Source: Bilabrum cf. latius
Taxonomy: Eukaryota
DNA: 64,000 nucleotides
Direction of reading: 5' to 3'
Assembly: GCA_965178125.1 (NCBI GenBank)
Contig: OZ237739.1
Coordinates: 558,001-622,000, forward strand
This document shows, piece after piece, positions 49,501-63,254 of this stretch. Made by a program: the position numbers and the translations under genes. The first letter of the stretch is position 1. Each line of letters opens with the position of its first letter. The notes beneath the pieces were generated by a model that was given only the letters and a program-made list of their open reading frames with translations, did no database searches and was not told the origin of the DNA.

Positions 49501-52174
49501 ATCATTTGCCTCGTTGACTTCGGATGACATGAATAAGTAGAGCTCCGTGGGAGACTCTTCAACGGTAGGATCTCAAGTTCTGAGCTCACCGCGTGTCCAC
49601 GGTATGAAAGGAGAGGAAGGCAGTCCGCGTCACGGGGCACTGCTTGCCCCGGTCATGGCTCAGCAGAGGGGGCAATCCACAGGAGCCGCTGGGCACGCAG
49701 CAGGCATGGAAGGCGCATACGCAGTCGGGACGCCAAAGATGGAATCCAACGGCAGAAGTCGATACCTTAGTGCGGACGGTCCGCACGTCGCAGTTGCGGG
49801 CAGTCCGTGGGGCGGGCTACCGCCTGGCGTAATCGCAGCTTCTGAGTGTTCGGATGCCAATGCACAGGTCAAGGAGGCCCAGGGCAAGGCCATGGCTGGT
49901 GCGAGTCACCGTGGCATCGTACTTGAGCAAAGAGGACACACTGTACATGCGATGCTTCACGGGATCAGTGCCATGGACGGCGAAGCAGACGCATTCGCCC
50001 CCCCTGTTGCCAAGAGGCAATCAAGTGCAGCTTCATCAGTGGCCTCTACAGGGTCGGCGATCGTGAGGCTGACCGACGACGAAGAGAGGTACGAGGGCAC
50101 GGTCGGCATGGACGTATACTGGGAGTATTTCGTGTCGCTTGGCGGCTGGTCCTTCCTGTTCACGTTCGGGCTCCTTTCAATTGCGCTACAGGGGGCCCAG
50201 GAGGGAGGCAGTGTCTGGATCGCGCTTTGGACCGGGAGCGGACGTGGTGGAGACCTGTCGCAGGAGCGATCTCCTCTCCTTCGGCTGGGCTTGTCTTCTG
50301 ATATGTGCCTGATCGTCTACCTAGCTCTCGGTGTGATGACTGCCTTGTTCTCCGTTGTCAGGAATTTTGCGTGGTTCCAGGCAGCTGTGGAAGCAGGAAG
50401 GCGCATGCACGACCTTCTGCTGGGAGCGGTGCTGCGAGCTCCGCTTAGCTTCTTCCAGACCACGCCACAAGGGCGTATTCTGAATCGGTTCTCGAAGGAT
50501 GTCACAGAGGTCGACCAATCGCTTCCGGATGAGCTCAGTGACGTGCTGTTGATCATATTCAGCACGGGATTCAGCCTTGTCGCTGTGTCTGTTGCTTCTC
50601 CGTGGTTTCTGCTGGTCTTTCCTGTCGTGGGTCTGATCTACTACTGGGTCATGTCGTATTACCGAGCCTCAGCGCGGGAGCTGAAGAGGCTGCAGGCGAT
50701 TTTCTATAGCCCCGTGCACCAGAGGATGGGCGAGACAGCCGAGGGCCTCGTGTGCATTCGTGCGTTCGGCCTGCAGGACCATGAGAGGGAGCAGCTTTGG
50801 ATTGCCATCAACCGCGCCAATACCGTCGAATACACGCAGCGAATGGCTAGCGTCTGGATGGCCATGCGCGTTGATCTGCTCGGGGCAATGTTGATGGCAG
50901 GCGCATGTGCCATGGCCACACTGGCAATCACGCCAGGCCCGGACAAGTACATGGCCGGCGAAGCTACTCTCCTAGCTTTGAGCGTTTCGGAGGCTTCTGG
51001 CCTGCTGGACGGAATTGCATGGCTTGTTCAATGCATCTGCATGGTGGAGGCGGATATGGCCAGGGTGGAAAGGCTGAAGCATTATGCCGCCATCAAGCCA
51101 GAAGGCGAGCTGCGAGCGGGGAAGCCAGTAGCAAGCGGCGGTAAATCACCTGCAGCTGGCAGCAAATCTGCTTCGCAGCTGGTGCCCCCTCCCTCAGACT
51201 GGCCCACCCGTGGAGAAATCGAGTTCAAGGATGTGTGGCTAAGGTACAGGAAAGGCTTGCCAAATGTGCTGCGGGGCGTGTCGTTCCGCGTACCCGCTGG
51301 CTGTAAGGCGGCCCTGGTGGGCCGCACTGGGAGCGGCAAGAGCACCACTCTGGCTGCACTGTACAGATCGGCGGATATCACCAGGGGAAGTGTTGTTATC
51401 GATGGCATTGATACTGCAACCATGGGCCTCAGAGACCTGCGGGAGAACCTCGCTATCGTGCCGCAGGACGGGGCTGTCATCTCCGGCACCATCCGCTCGG
51501 TGGTATCGCCCCAGGGGCCCGACCCTCTGCTCGGACCTCGTAGCCGGCTGTCGCTCCATGCGTCATCTTCAGAACATGCAGCGGGTCGTCGTATGAAAGC
51601 AGATGAGTCTGTTAGTGAGGGTGTGCGCAGGCTGGAGCTAGGTCTCGAATGGGATCCGGACATGGGGAGGCCGTACGTGGAAGCTCCTGGCGATGGTCAG
51701 ATCTGGAGCGCATTAGAACGAGTAGGAATGGCGGAGCGGGTCCTAGCGATGGAAAGACGACTCGACACTCCCGTAGACGAGGGTGGTACCAGCCTCAGCT
51801 TGGGCGAGAGGCAGCTGCTATGCCTTGCAAGGGCGCTGCTTCGGGACGCTCCAGTGCTCGCGCTGGACGAAGCGACGGCCTCTGTGTCTGTGGAGGCAGA
51901 CCAGGCCGTGCAGTAGGCTCTGCGAGAGCACTGCAGGGGTCGAACTATCCTAACGATCGCGCATCGATTGGCCACGATCATCGACTATGATGTGGTTGTT
52001 GTGTTGGGAGATGGCCGGGTGTTGGAGCAAGGTTTGCCGGCCGATTTGCTGCAGCAAACCGACAGCGCCTTTGCTTCAATGGTAGATGCTACTGGGCCAG
52101 AGTCCGCTCAGTTTCTGCGAAGAGCTGCGCGGCGGGCAGCACGAAGGAAACCAGCGAAACGGGGGGCGTAGTGA
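46533..52174 (+). CDS. ABC transporter, ABCC/MRP subfamily (TMD-NBD-TMD-NBD); first exon and intron 46572-46819 tentative
   Basis: Frame +2 is open from 46820 to TGA 52172-52174 except for TAGs. NBD1: GPVGSGKT, VSGGQKARI, YLLDDPLSAVD. TMD2: FFQTTPQGRILNRFSKD. NBD2: GRTGSGKS, LSLGERQLLCLARALL, LDEATASV, TIAHRLATIIDYD. Confidence 0.9.
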
Positions 52175-52347
52175 GCCGCGGCGAGACCATACTGGCATGC
52201 ACGGTAGATTTCACGAAGTTCTGCCCAGTTAGTAGTCTTGACTACTCTTTGTTGCTGCTGATTGAGACTACTATCATATCGGATCCGATTCAATTAAATT
52301 TGTAGGAAACACCTAGTCACCCAAGTCAACAAACAAGCCGGCCAAAT

Positions 52348-55300
52348 TTATCCTATTGTGCCCGCTATCTGCCGATGGATAGTGTGCAACAGCTGGGTGG
52401 CCTACGCTCGCACCGGATGATCTGCAGCCAGCAACGCAAGAGCTCGGGCCTGCATTACAGTAGCAGGTTCAAGTGCCTCAAAGAATCTACCGCGATCCAG
52501 CAGCTCGCAGGCAAGCGAAAATGAAAGCTGCGCACTGAGCGGAGGCCGGCTGCCGCTGGACTGCAGCCTCCAGCCAGGCCGGGTTTTCTACTCGTCTTCC
52601 CATTTCGAGCACACCTTGATCCCGGCTTGCCAGGCCTACGTGGCACCATCCAGATCACCAACGTTCGCAAGAGTTTGCATCTGCTGCCCAAAACAGTTCG
52701 CGGCCCGCAAGGGCCAGTCTGGAAGCGTGGCCGGAGACGCCCGCAAGCACGCCTGCCCTGCCCTGCCGATGATCGAAGCAGATTGCTTGAGCGCACCAGC
52801 CTCTGCCAGCAATTTCGCAGCTTTAGAGGCCTACTAAATCAGCTGCGGTACACCATCCGGGATGCAGTACGGCTCCAGCGTCTCGATGCATCGCTGCAGA
52901 GCATCGGCTGCTTGATCTGTGTTCCCAAGGCGCACGGCGCACACGCCAGTATTGAAGTAGTAGGAAGCAAGCCTAGGGCCCCCTTCGTCTGGCCTCAATG
53001 CCAGTAGCTCCGCCGTGCATTCGATGTTCATCTTGAGCGCCCTCTCGCCCTGTCCGCAGTAGAGAAGAGCGGTGGCCAAGTTGCCCTTGCACGCAAGTGC
53101 GCCCGGCCTGCAGTCCTCGGTCCCAGACTCAGACATTGCGATTTGAAATTGCTCCAGCGATTCTTCTAGCACCGGAATGGATCTATCTGGCATGCCTTGT
53201 GCGATGTAGATAGAGCCAAGCTATTGCAGCGCCCTTGCAAGTTGCTCTGCCCCACCTCCAGTCGACTTGATCCTCCTTCCGATCGCAATACTCTCTCGGT
53301 TCAATGCAAGTGCGTCGTCAAGCTTTTTTGCTTGGACCAGGCAGTCGATTGCGTTGTATATTTCTCGCTTGTATGCACCAGAAGCCTCCCCATAGGTCTA
53401 CTTGATCACGGACAGGAGCCTCATGTACTTGTCATTCGCCTCCGCGAATTGGCCCATGTGCTTGAGGCACATCGCGATGTGCGCGGAAGTTGTCAAAGTG
53501 TCGCTGTAATCCGCGCGATATAGCGCCCGTTGATTCTCCTCTGCCTCCATAAATGACTAGAGCGCCACCGAAAAGTGACCCGCAGACATGTGCATGAGAC
53601 CAAGGTTGCTCTGAGTGGACACGAGCATAGTTCTAGCGTCGCTGGCACTGATACACGGACCGGTCAGCTCGGCAATAGCATCTAAGCACCAACTCAAGTG
53701 TGCAATCGCTGTTTCAATGTCTCCAATCATGTGGAACAACTACCCGATGTAGTTTCGCGCCTCGATCATTTGCCTGACAAGCACATATCTAGCTTTCAAA
53801 TTAGGATTGTCCAACCGAAATGCAACCTGCTCTTCGGACAAGGCCTCTCGAATCAGTCCAAGAGACTTGGCATGGTCAAGACACTACTGATAAATGCGTG
53901 TAGCTGCCTCAAGCGCTACTCCTCGGCAGCCGGGGCGAGATAGAGGCCGCATGAGAGTGCCAACACCATGGGGCCCAAGAATCAACTTGCTCCAATACTC
54001 GGACCTAGTGCCAAGCATAGCAAAAACCATAAAAACTTGCGGAAGCTCATCCGACGCTGCCTTAGTAAGCGCTCTGATGACCTAAATCAGCACATGAATG
54101 GGTTTCCCGGTCACTGACAATGCTCGGACGAGCAGCGCAGGAACCATCGCAACAAGCTACCCGTGTTCGAGTGATGCACCCATGAGCTATAGAATCTAAG
54201 CAACTTCACCAAATGGCGCATCGGGCTCTGCCTGCACGGATGATTGAGTGTGGGCGAGCTGTCGAAGTAGCCCTTGCGTGTGTCTGACGAGCAAGTCGGT
54301 ATTGAGGGAGCCATCAGTACCAGCCTTGAACACGTCGCGCTTTGCTGCTTCAGACACGCCAATGACCTTGGACGGAAGATCAGTGCCTGCGGCAGGACTT
54401 GACTCTGATCCATCTTCGTGGGGAGCTTCTGCGTCGATATTGTCGTCCCGCTCAGTAGCTCCGGTTGATGGACGCAAGCTGCTGCTTCTGGCCCGCGTCT
54501 GCAGCCAATGCCTCAGCAAGGGCTCGGCGCAAGACTGCCACGACTGCTTTGCAGAGCCGGAACCCGCACAGTCCGGCAAAGAAGCACCCCTGGCGCACAA
54601 TATCCGCGCTCGCAAAGCCACGGCAACCAGTCGGTCTACAACTGCCCCTGCAACCCGCGGTTCAAGGCGGCTCGCTCGCACGGTTTCAGCAACTGACATG
54701 AGTGCGTCTGCCAGCGCGTCTCCCATGGGAGAGATTGCAGCGGGAAGTCCCGCACAGGCTGCAACCTGAAACAGAGCTGCAGACCATGGTGCACCACCTG
54801 CGGCTTTGGCACACCTAACAGTATACCGCAGTAGGTGGCCGAATGCTCGAAGTGGAAGTCCTACTGAATGCAGACCCTCTTTGCACGCTTTTCGAATCTC
54901 GAACATCTTGGCGATTGGTACGTCAGCAACCTCTTCATAAGCTTGGGATTCTGGCTGCAAGGGCCAAGCTCTTGCAACGGAGCTGCCGACTAGCCGCAAC
55001 TCCTCGTACACAGCCATAGATGCCTCCTGCAAGTTGCGGGCGCTGTACAGTCCTTGTATTGCATCTGTCATTGAGTCTCTTGCGCCCTTGGCAGTCACAG
55101 GAGTGCCGTACGATACGCCGTCAGCACACCCTCTCATCCTGCTGTCGGGGCAAAACCGAGGCAGTCCCAGCTACCGTGCACGACTGGCAGCTTGCGGAGG
55201 CATCATGCAGGATAGGTTAGCGTTTCTCCCATGCATCATGCGGGGACAGCACGCTACAATGAACAGCGTGGCGTAGGACTCATTGGTCTAGCTGCTGGCA

Positions 55301-57741
55301 CTGGCAGTGGGATCTGCATCACCCGTAACAGTTGATGCCTGCATCCCTACGATGCCCGCCCCTGCATTTTCGAATGAGATCGAGAGAGGACCGATGTCTT
55401 TCAAGCATTCCATTTTGCCTTGCTGTGTGGCAAGCCAGCTTGCAGCACCCTTGCGCAATACAGCAGCAAAATGACTAGACCACGCTCGATGCATGTCTTT
55501 ACAGTCTGATCGCAGTCTTGGCGGCAGCACATGTGGCAGTAGGACTGGACCGGATGAGAGCATCTCGTCGGGGCGGCCAGCTCGCTGCACTGCGACAATG
55601 GACCAGAATCGAGGGGCCATATCGGAGCTGGTGGCCATGGCGTTCTAGAACACTACGTCTGGGCACAGAAGCCTGTGAGTATCGAGAAGGAACCGTTGGC
55701 CGGCACCACCCTAGTGCAACTCTACATCAAAAGGCAAATGGCAATAAATGGGCTTCGCTACTGCTGTGGTGGCTGACGCATGCGTGACCCGTCTTGGCAG
55801 CGCTGGACACGACAGGTCTACACCGGCTTGCACCAGGGTCTCTGCAAGACCCCTGGCAAGGCGAACGGGCCGATAGGGGCCTAGAAGTTGCAACATTGTG
55901 TCTGTCCCAGACGAGTCATGTGCGGCAGCACGCATTCTTACCGCGTCCATCAAGAGCATCGAGTCTCCATCCGATGATACAGAAGCCGCTAGCGCTTCCA
56001 TCTCGATCATGTTACACCCTAGGCTCTACATCCAGAGCTTGGCATCGGTTCCCACCGGTGGAACCTTCCGTTCAGGGTCGTGAATGCCTCTGAAAAACTC
56101 CCTTGGATCCGTGTTGCTGCTCCAAGTCAGCGGCGGCTCAACCACATTTGGGCCAGCGGCAGCCTGACCAGCTGGTGGATCACCCGGTCGATAGCTGTGG
56201 GTGACAACGTGCTCGGTTTGCATGTGACAGCCAGTGAGATGAAATCGGTCCGCCACTTGCCGGGCAAGTCCCAATTGGGCTTCATCACAGTGCAAGTGCA
56301 AGCGACTGTCTTGCGAGCCGAGGCGCAAAGTGTGCGCCCCCACTGCCAGGCGAGCGAAGGCTTGCACACGGCAGGATCGCACAGACTGCAAACTGGGCGA
56401 CGCAAGCAAATCGTACATGCTCTTCTTTTGAGTAGCACCTGCACCTGCATCTGCACCTGCACCTGCACCTGCACCTGCACCTGCACCTGCACCTGCACCT
56501 GCACCTGCACCTGCACCTGCACCTGCACCTGCACCTGCACCTGCACCTGCACCTGCACCTGCACCTGCACCTGCACCTGCACCTACGCCAAGTCCAGAAG
56601 CTACACCGGTTCCAGAGCTGTACTGTGGCCCATCTCCACCGCTCTCATCCAATGCACAAGCGAACGCCTCCGAACTTGAAATATCTCCGGCACCAGCCCC
56701 AGATTTGGGGTGTTGGTCATCACCAGAACTAGGTAGATCTATATCAACGCAAACCGTGAGAGGAGCGCTAGCCTCAACGATGTCAGAATCGTGAATCCAT
56801 GCAGCCGCTGCTGCTTCCCGCTTGGCCGCTTTGGCAGCCGCTGCCTCAACACAATAGATCCCAATTTCGTCGCTTGGCGTCTTCATAAAGACTCCGCGTT
56901 GGATGCTTTGGGCCTTGGCCCCGCCAGCTCGACCTGCAGATGCTGACAGGAGCTGTACTGATGGAGTGGCGCTCTCCAGCCCGACACGGGCTCCCTCAGC
57001 TGCGCGGCATCTATCAAGAGCAGTCAGCAGCCCCGCCAGTTCTTGGGCGGATGCAACAGCATCTGCGTAGAATTCATCCCCAGCATTCGCTAGTTCATCT
57101 CTGCGGGACTGCTTCTCCAAGTTACTCGTCGGAATCTGGAGGCGAATCTTTCTGAATCGTTCCTGGTGGTCCCGTTGGTTCGGTGTCCATGGAGATACGT
57201 TCTGAGTGCCGCTACCCACAGTACTTGAAGGTGCTGTGGTCTTGCTAGAAACGCTCTCAGTCTTTGTTTTTGATAGGGGCTATTGCTGCATTTCAATTGC
57301 TTCGGTGACCAACGGTGCCGCTTGCGGACTGGTCGCATCAGCGCCAGCTTCGATGCACATGGGTGCATATGCATGACTAACAGCAGCAGCTTTGCTTGAA
57401 CTGAAATCCGATGCTGCATGTGAAGAGTCGGGAACAGACTGCCTAGTTGTGGATGCGCAGAGCTTCGGTGCACCATGTTCGCAGATCGGCGGTGTGATGT
57501 CGACTAGAGAATACTCTGGTGCGTTTCCTCTGCGATAAGCATACGGCACTGAGCTTGCTCCAACACTTCTCTCTTCTGCAGGCCGTGCGGAAGCGGGGGC
57601 TGCACCAGAAGCCTCTTGTTCCTGACGCGGCTCAGCTGCAGCATATGGCTCCTCATCCTCAACACCGATATCCCTCAAACAATCCTCGAGAACTGCATCA
57701 AGCGCGTCACTATCTACAGAATTTCCACCGCTGGCAGACAT
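52348..57741 (-). CDS. CLU-domain-like protein with C-terminal TPR repeats (~1797 aa, TAG=Gln)
   Basis: Seven track ORFs share one frame joined by ~20 TAGs and end at TAA 52348-52350. CLU-like motifs: GGAK..RGVFMK, AAAKAAKRE, APLTVCVD, DVELH(Q)GGAGQRFLLDTHRLLCPD, LHSVGLPLRAFG. TPR-like helices: QSNLGLMHMSAG, LGSIYIAQG, GNLATALLYCG, YYFNTG. Confidence 0.75.
56436..56584. repeat. Hexanucleotide microsatellite (GCACCT)n, ~25 copies, encoding poly(Gly-Ala) in the CLU/TPR gene
   Basis: Directly visible; one variant unit gcatct. Confidence 0.97.
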
Positions 57742-57869
57742 AACTGCCTGAATGCAACAAGAACCGTCGAAACGAATTGCGATTTCCAGATTCCGAGTGC
57801 CACAATTGATATTGCACCAAAAAATAAAAAGCTCTGCCATAGAATCAATACTCCATAACGATCAGACAA

Positions 57870-60800
57870 TCATACTTCAAAGCTATCCTCGTGGCTCGAG
57901 TAGGCCGTTCCAGGCGCCCATGTGGCCATCAAAGCTTCCTGCTGAATTGGAGCAGTCGGCACCTGTTCGTCAGTCCGCTTCCCTTTCTTCTTGCTACCGC
58001 GCTTCTTGACTTTCTGGTATGTCACCCTGACTGAGTCTCCAGCTGATCCACCTGGCAGGCGAGGGGCCGCACCGAAACCGGACCTGTCGTACTGGGAGAT
58101 ATCATCGTTGAACATGGGGCTCTTGGCCTCCTCAGCGGAGATTGCACCAGAGGCAGAGGACGGCCGGTCCCGCGCGCGAACTCTCCCTGGGGCCAAGGAC
58201 ACGCTGGCAGAGCTTCGACTGGAAGGACTCGATGCTTCGGACTTGTCTTTGCCAGCGCCAGACCCTGTCACGGCCTCGTTTCTTGCCGCGGTGGATGCGA
58301 CTGCAGCCGCGCGCCGTGGAGGGCGCCTGCGCGCAGACGCCGAAGAGTCCGCTCCAGCACCCCCCGTGGCACTGCGCCGCGAACTAGCTGAGGACCTGCT
58401 CGCGCTTCTCTGACCTTGCGATGCCCTATCATTGCCAGAGCCAGCTCTTTGCGGGGTGCTCGATCTGTGGCTCGCCCCCTCCTTGTTGGGGGCAGAAGAG
58501 CTCGAAGATGATGACCCAGCACTATCTGCGCCTCCCACATCAAACTTCCGGATCCGCGCCATCGCTCGAGCGACCTGTCGTGCGATCAAATTTGCGGTGC
58601 TACTCGCCACAAAGCGACGACTTTGCTTGTCGAGGACGATTTTGCTGCCGGAAGAGGTCTGGACCGTCTCCTTGTCGCGTCCGCACACTACCCGCAGAAG
58701 GAAGTCGGCTTGCGCAAGGCAAATATCCTTTGTTGCCACTTTGGTTAGCCCCAAAATCCCCAAGCACGTCTTCTCCAGCCAGAACTTGCTTGCTGGGACG
58801 AACGGTTTGAAGGCTTTGAGAAGGGGGGCAGTTGCGTGGCCGAGGCTGGAACCGCTCGACGTCTTGAGCTGCAGCCCAGTGTCAGTGTCGGCAAGGGACG
58901 CAAACATGTCGTCTTGGCCCACCTGGGAGCGAGTCAACCGAACAACGGGGGCCAAGCGGGCCGAAGAACCTTTGCTGGAATCGGCATCCTCGCCGTCGCT
59001 GTCATCCGAGTCAGTGTCAGGAATGCTCACGATGTCAACATCGTCATCCGAGGACGAGTCAGACTCGCTGCTGGAGCTGTCCGGCTCGCTCGCTGCCACT
59101 GCAATGCGTCGGAGACTGGGGCTCGCAGATTTCTAAGCCGATTTCTTGGCAGCCTCTGACGCAGTCTTCCGCCTCCGCTTCTGCTCTGGTGACCCGGACC
59201 GAGCCTGCGATCGCTGCCGCACCCGCAACTCCGAGGCGGACTCACTGGCGACGTCATCAGAAGCTGAAGAGGCTGAAGCGCGCTGACGCGTTCGTAGCCG
59301 AGCCCTAGCGTCCGATCTAGAGACCTGCTGCTTTGCATGCAAGGGCAGTATGGGCTTGTCTTCGTCACTTGTCGGTGACGTGAGCACTGGCACGGTGCGG
59401 TTTCGATTCGCAGCCACCGGCGTCGTGTCGTGCTCGAGTCCTGTCTGCATCGAGGAGGTCTGCCGTTTGCGCTTCTGCGGAAGCTGGTCGGCCGGAATTG
59501 ACGCGCGTGCACCACCCTGCGTGCCCATTGACTGGGACGCAGATGAATACGCGGCAGCGGATGGGATGCGAGGCTGGCTAGGCTCTGCTGCTTGGATTGT
59601 TGATCCAACACGTTGCGTTGACAATGATGACGATGACGCAGTTGCAGGCGTAGATCCAGACGTAGATGCAGCCGATGACGATCTCAGCTAAGCATCAGCC
59701 GAGGCCTCTTCCGTCATGGAGTGCAGGTAAGACGTTCCAGCTCGAACAATGTGGCGAAGAGCCACCGGCTGCTGGAACAGCAGCACCATCATCCGAGCCT
59801 TTTCAACTTCCGTGAATGGCACGGGACACGATATACGGGCCTAAATCGCCGCTTCAAACTGTTTGGAAGGCGAAAGAGCGGCAAGACTGCTCGTGGGAGT
59901 GGGAGGAGACGCATTCCGTCTTGTCGGTTCCTTCCGCTGCGCGGTGTTGCTAGATGACCCCCCATGCTTGCTGCTAACCGAGCCGTGGTTGCCATCCGAA
60001 GACCGTTCAGGGCGCTCGTTGCTTTCTGCTGTGCCAGACCTTTTCTTTCTTTTCTTCCTGCTCGATTTCCGCTCGCCTTCCAGCTGCACTTGCTACTCCT
60101 CCTTTTGCCTCTTTTCGCGCTGGTGCTTCTGTTGGTTCTCTTGAGCTTGCTTCTTCTACTTTCGCTTGCCCTGATCCTTCTACTCCTCCTTGTCTTTCTC
60201 TTGCTTGAGTCGTGCCAACTCAAGCTACACAGCAGCCTAGGTCCGAGCCTGTAGCACTCTCTGATCAGCCACGATCTTGGCAGCACGGGCCCGCGCCTCT
60301 GCCACCATAGCCCTCTACCGCTCGGCAACGACCGCCATCTCAGCCGTTGCGATGCGCGATTTCGCTCGCGGAGACTCCGCTTCATGCTCAGACTTTTTGT
60401 TTGCGACTGGTCTTGCTTCCTTGGCCGGACGAGTCCCCTTTTGGGCACCATCCCCGAGGAGCCCTTCAGCAGCTGCGCTTGGCGCATCCTTCTTTGGCTA
60501 GAGTTTGTCAGTTTCACCCTCTGCGGATAAACAGGTGCCATTCTATCGGCTACCTTGGTCTGGTCGCTGCTTGAAGTCAGCTGCTAGCGCAGAAGGGGAC
60601 CCAGATTGCGCCTCGTGCGCAGCAGGCTTTCCACGGGAAGCAGCTGCTGCCCCCCGAAAAGATCGCACGAGTACCTCTTCGCGCGAGCCGCGCCCCGCTG
60701 CACTTGCAACAATCCGAGAAAATTCATCGACATCGCCTGAAGCCTCCGCGCTGACATCCGCGGAGTCTGACGCATCGACTAGCTAGAAGTCAGCAACACT

Positions 60801-62822
60801 ACCAGCTTGGCTTGCAGACTCATCGCCAGGGGAACTGCGGCTATCTTTTACCTCCAGATCTGCGCCGAGCTTCAAAGCAGCAACAGCTGCCTACTTTGAA
60901 CTGCCTCTGCCGCGAGATGATGTAGTGGCATCCAGTGCAGGCTTTGACCCTGCATCCCCAGCGCCGTCGTGAGACGCGCCGGTTTTGTTGGAAGACGCAG
61001 GGCTGATGCTGGCTTCGCCAGCGCCCCCATTCGGCTTGAATCTACCACTCGGTCCATTTCTTCCGATTAAAGCCGTGTTTTGTGCCGCCCTGTGTAGTAG
61101 AACGATGTTTGGCAACTTGGCTGACGAGCGAAGGTGTTTGAGAAGATTCCTCCGCATGCACTGCCAGATCGATGACCTTGCGAGCTGCCCGACCTTCTAC
61201 TTGATACCTGCAAGTGACGAGAACGGTCTCGATTCAGATTTAGGCACGATTCCGCTCCTAACGAGGTTGAGCATGGCACGAGCGAAGTTGTCAAGCCCAG
61301 TATTGTTCCAGGCTATGGCATCCAGCAATTTGCCAACCTCGTTGCTATTCCGGCTGGCAAAATATCCAAGCGTGCACCACACTATATGGTGCAGTGTTGG
61401 GCCTCGAACAAGCAGGTACGTCATACAGCGCCGATCATTCTCCTTCGCCCCACGCAGCAAGGTGTCTACCAGTCGTGCGTATTGAGTGCTGGACCTCGAG
61501 GACAATGGGAAAGGACTGCAGTGCTTGAGCGGCTTGGACAAGGGCAACTAGATAGAAGCCCCATCCGCTACTTTCTGCCCCCGGCCCGTTTTCCTCTTCA
61601 ATTCGGTCTCATCGATTTCGTCTGGACGCTGCCCCTCTGCAGCCTGGGCCTCCTGCCCTGTGGAAGATTCGCGCTTCACGCGGCGCGGCGCTGGCGCAGG
61701 GTCATATGCACCGCCTAGCGCCAGAGTGCGATTGGATTCAGCTTGTCGGTCATATGACTTGTCTAGCACCTCTCGTGAGCGACGCCGGTCACCATCTTTG
61801 GTTCTAGCAGCACCCCTGCTATTACGGCCTGCACCCACGTCTCGCCTGTAGTCCACATCAGCGGGTACACCTGTGTGTCTGCCTGCAGCGTAGCCGCTGT
61901 TATCCCCCCGAGAGTCTCTTCTGAAGTCAACCGACATTTCAGCCTCAGCAACTCGCTCTCTACTGGTAGCAGCCCACCCGCGCTCGGAATTGCGATAATC
62001 TCGCCTGAAATCCAAATCGCCCCGCCAAACATCTCTCTCTCTCCCCGTCCTCCTACTATCCACGTCGACCCGAAGACCGTGCCTCGCATCTTGCCTCGCA
62101 TCGCGCTGATCGTAGTGCCATGGCTACCGGGAAGGTGGACCATACGGCCCCCAGGATTCGCCAACGTAACCCCCCTTGCGGCCCGCTTCGGACGACGCAG
62201 AGGCGCCAAGTTGTGCAGGCGGGAGCGGTCGTCCGTGTCCCGCTTCTTGCACTGACCAGGCCTGACCGGTGGCAGAGCTTGAAGTAGAGGGCTGTACAGC
62301 GGCTGTTTGCTGCTGGGCCTGCCCCGTGAGAAAGGCCATCGGCTGCTGGCGGCGAAGGGACGTGGCACCTGCGGGCACGCCAAGAAAGTCTGTGACGAGG
62401 CGCGGTGGAGCGCGCGTGATCGCGCCTGCGCCGCCTCCTAGGACCCACGTGGCTGTAGAAAATGCAGACGCTTCCCTCGGTGGGGCACGCTGCGAGTCGG
62501 AATGGTTCGCAGCTCGCTGCGTAACAGCAGACGTCGCAGATGACGCGACGGAAGGTGGCGACGAATCTCGCGATTCCGAAGCGACTGGTACCGACCCAAC
62601 TGTTTCCGGTAGGTTTTGCTTCGATCTGGCAGTTGCACGATCACTTCTGGAGACGATTGAGGCTTGAGGATTTGGCACGACCACGGAGTCAACCTGCATA
62701 TTCGTCGAATCATCTGATCCCGCCCGGTCCCGGTCACGGGACTACGTCTTTAACCTTTCCCGTGCAGCAGCACCCGAGCTCCCTGCTCCCAACTCGCCTT
62801 GAGTTAATGCTGTGCCGGACAT
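57870..62822 (-). CDS. Long, mostly low-complexity Ser/Arg/Ala-rich protein with a central coiled coil (~1650 aa, TAG=Gln); start uncertain
   Basis: Seven track ORFs share one frame joined by ~17 TAGs, with no TAA/TGA from ATG 62822 to TGA 57870-57872. It has K/E/Q-rich coiled-coil, acidic and basic NLS-like tracts. Confidence 0.75.
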
Positions 62823-63254
62823 CGTCGACTGATGCACGCCTGCGGTATGGCGGGTGCCCAGAACACATCAAGTCAAGCCGCTGAATGCAAATGGATCCAT
62901 TTCGAATTCGAGCACATGTTCGATCAATAACAAACCCAACTGCTCGCGCGAAACAATTACACTAGGAGCGGCCAGTGTAGGACTCCTATGGGAGTAGGAA
63001 CTGTCTCACGCTTCGCCGCTTGAGCTCCAAGCAGTCTGACGGCTGATTAAGTGAGTATTTAAAACAGTTAGGCGATAATCTGAGGGCGAGAGGGCCTCTA
63101 GGCGATAGATTTCGTATAAGGTGAGAGGAAGAAGTCATCAGATCCGATCGAATCATTGTGAGCATGAGGCATTATTTGCTGTCGCCCATGAAGAAATTTG
63201 ATTGACTCAGATACTAAGTATTGCAGCAGGCATCATTGCTTTACGCCAGCCGCT

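Noticed and set aside
56080-56679. Poly(TC) and poly(QV) ORFs
   Set aside because: These are alternative frames of the (GCACCT)n microsatellite. The continuous gene frame reads poly(GA).
1-62822. Reading the region as many small genes or as decayed pseudogenes
   Set aside because: The interruptions are exclusively TAG, with no frameshifts or internal TAA/TGA across tens of kb, and catalytic motifs are intact. Decay would produce all three stops and indels.
1-62822. TAG as pyrrolysine, as Trp through A-to-I editing, or as Leu/Glu/Tyr
   Set aside because: Informative positions align with Gln and exchange with CAG/CAA. RNA editing is not formally excluded without transcripts, but it is less parsimonious.
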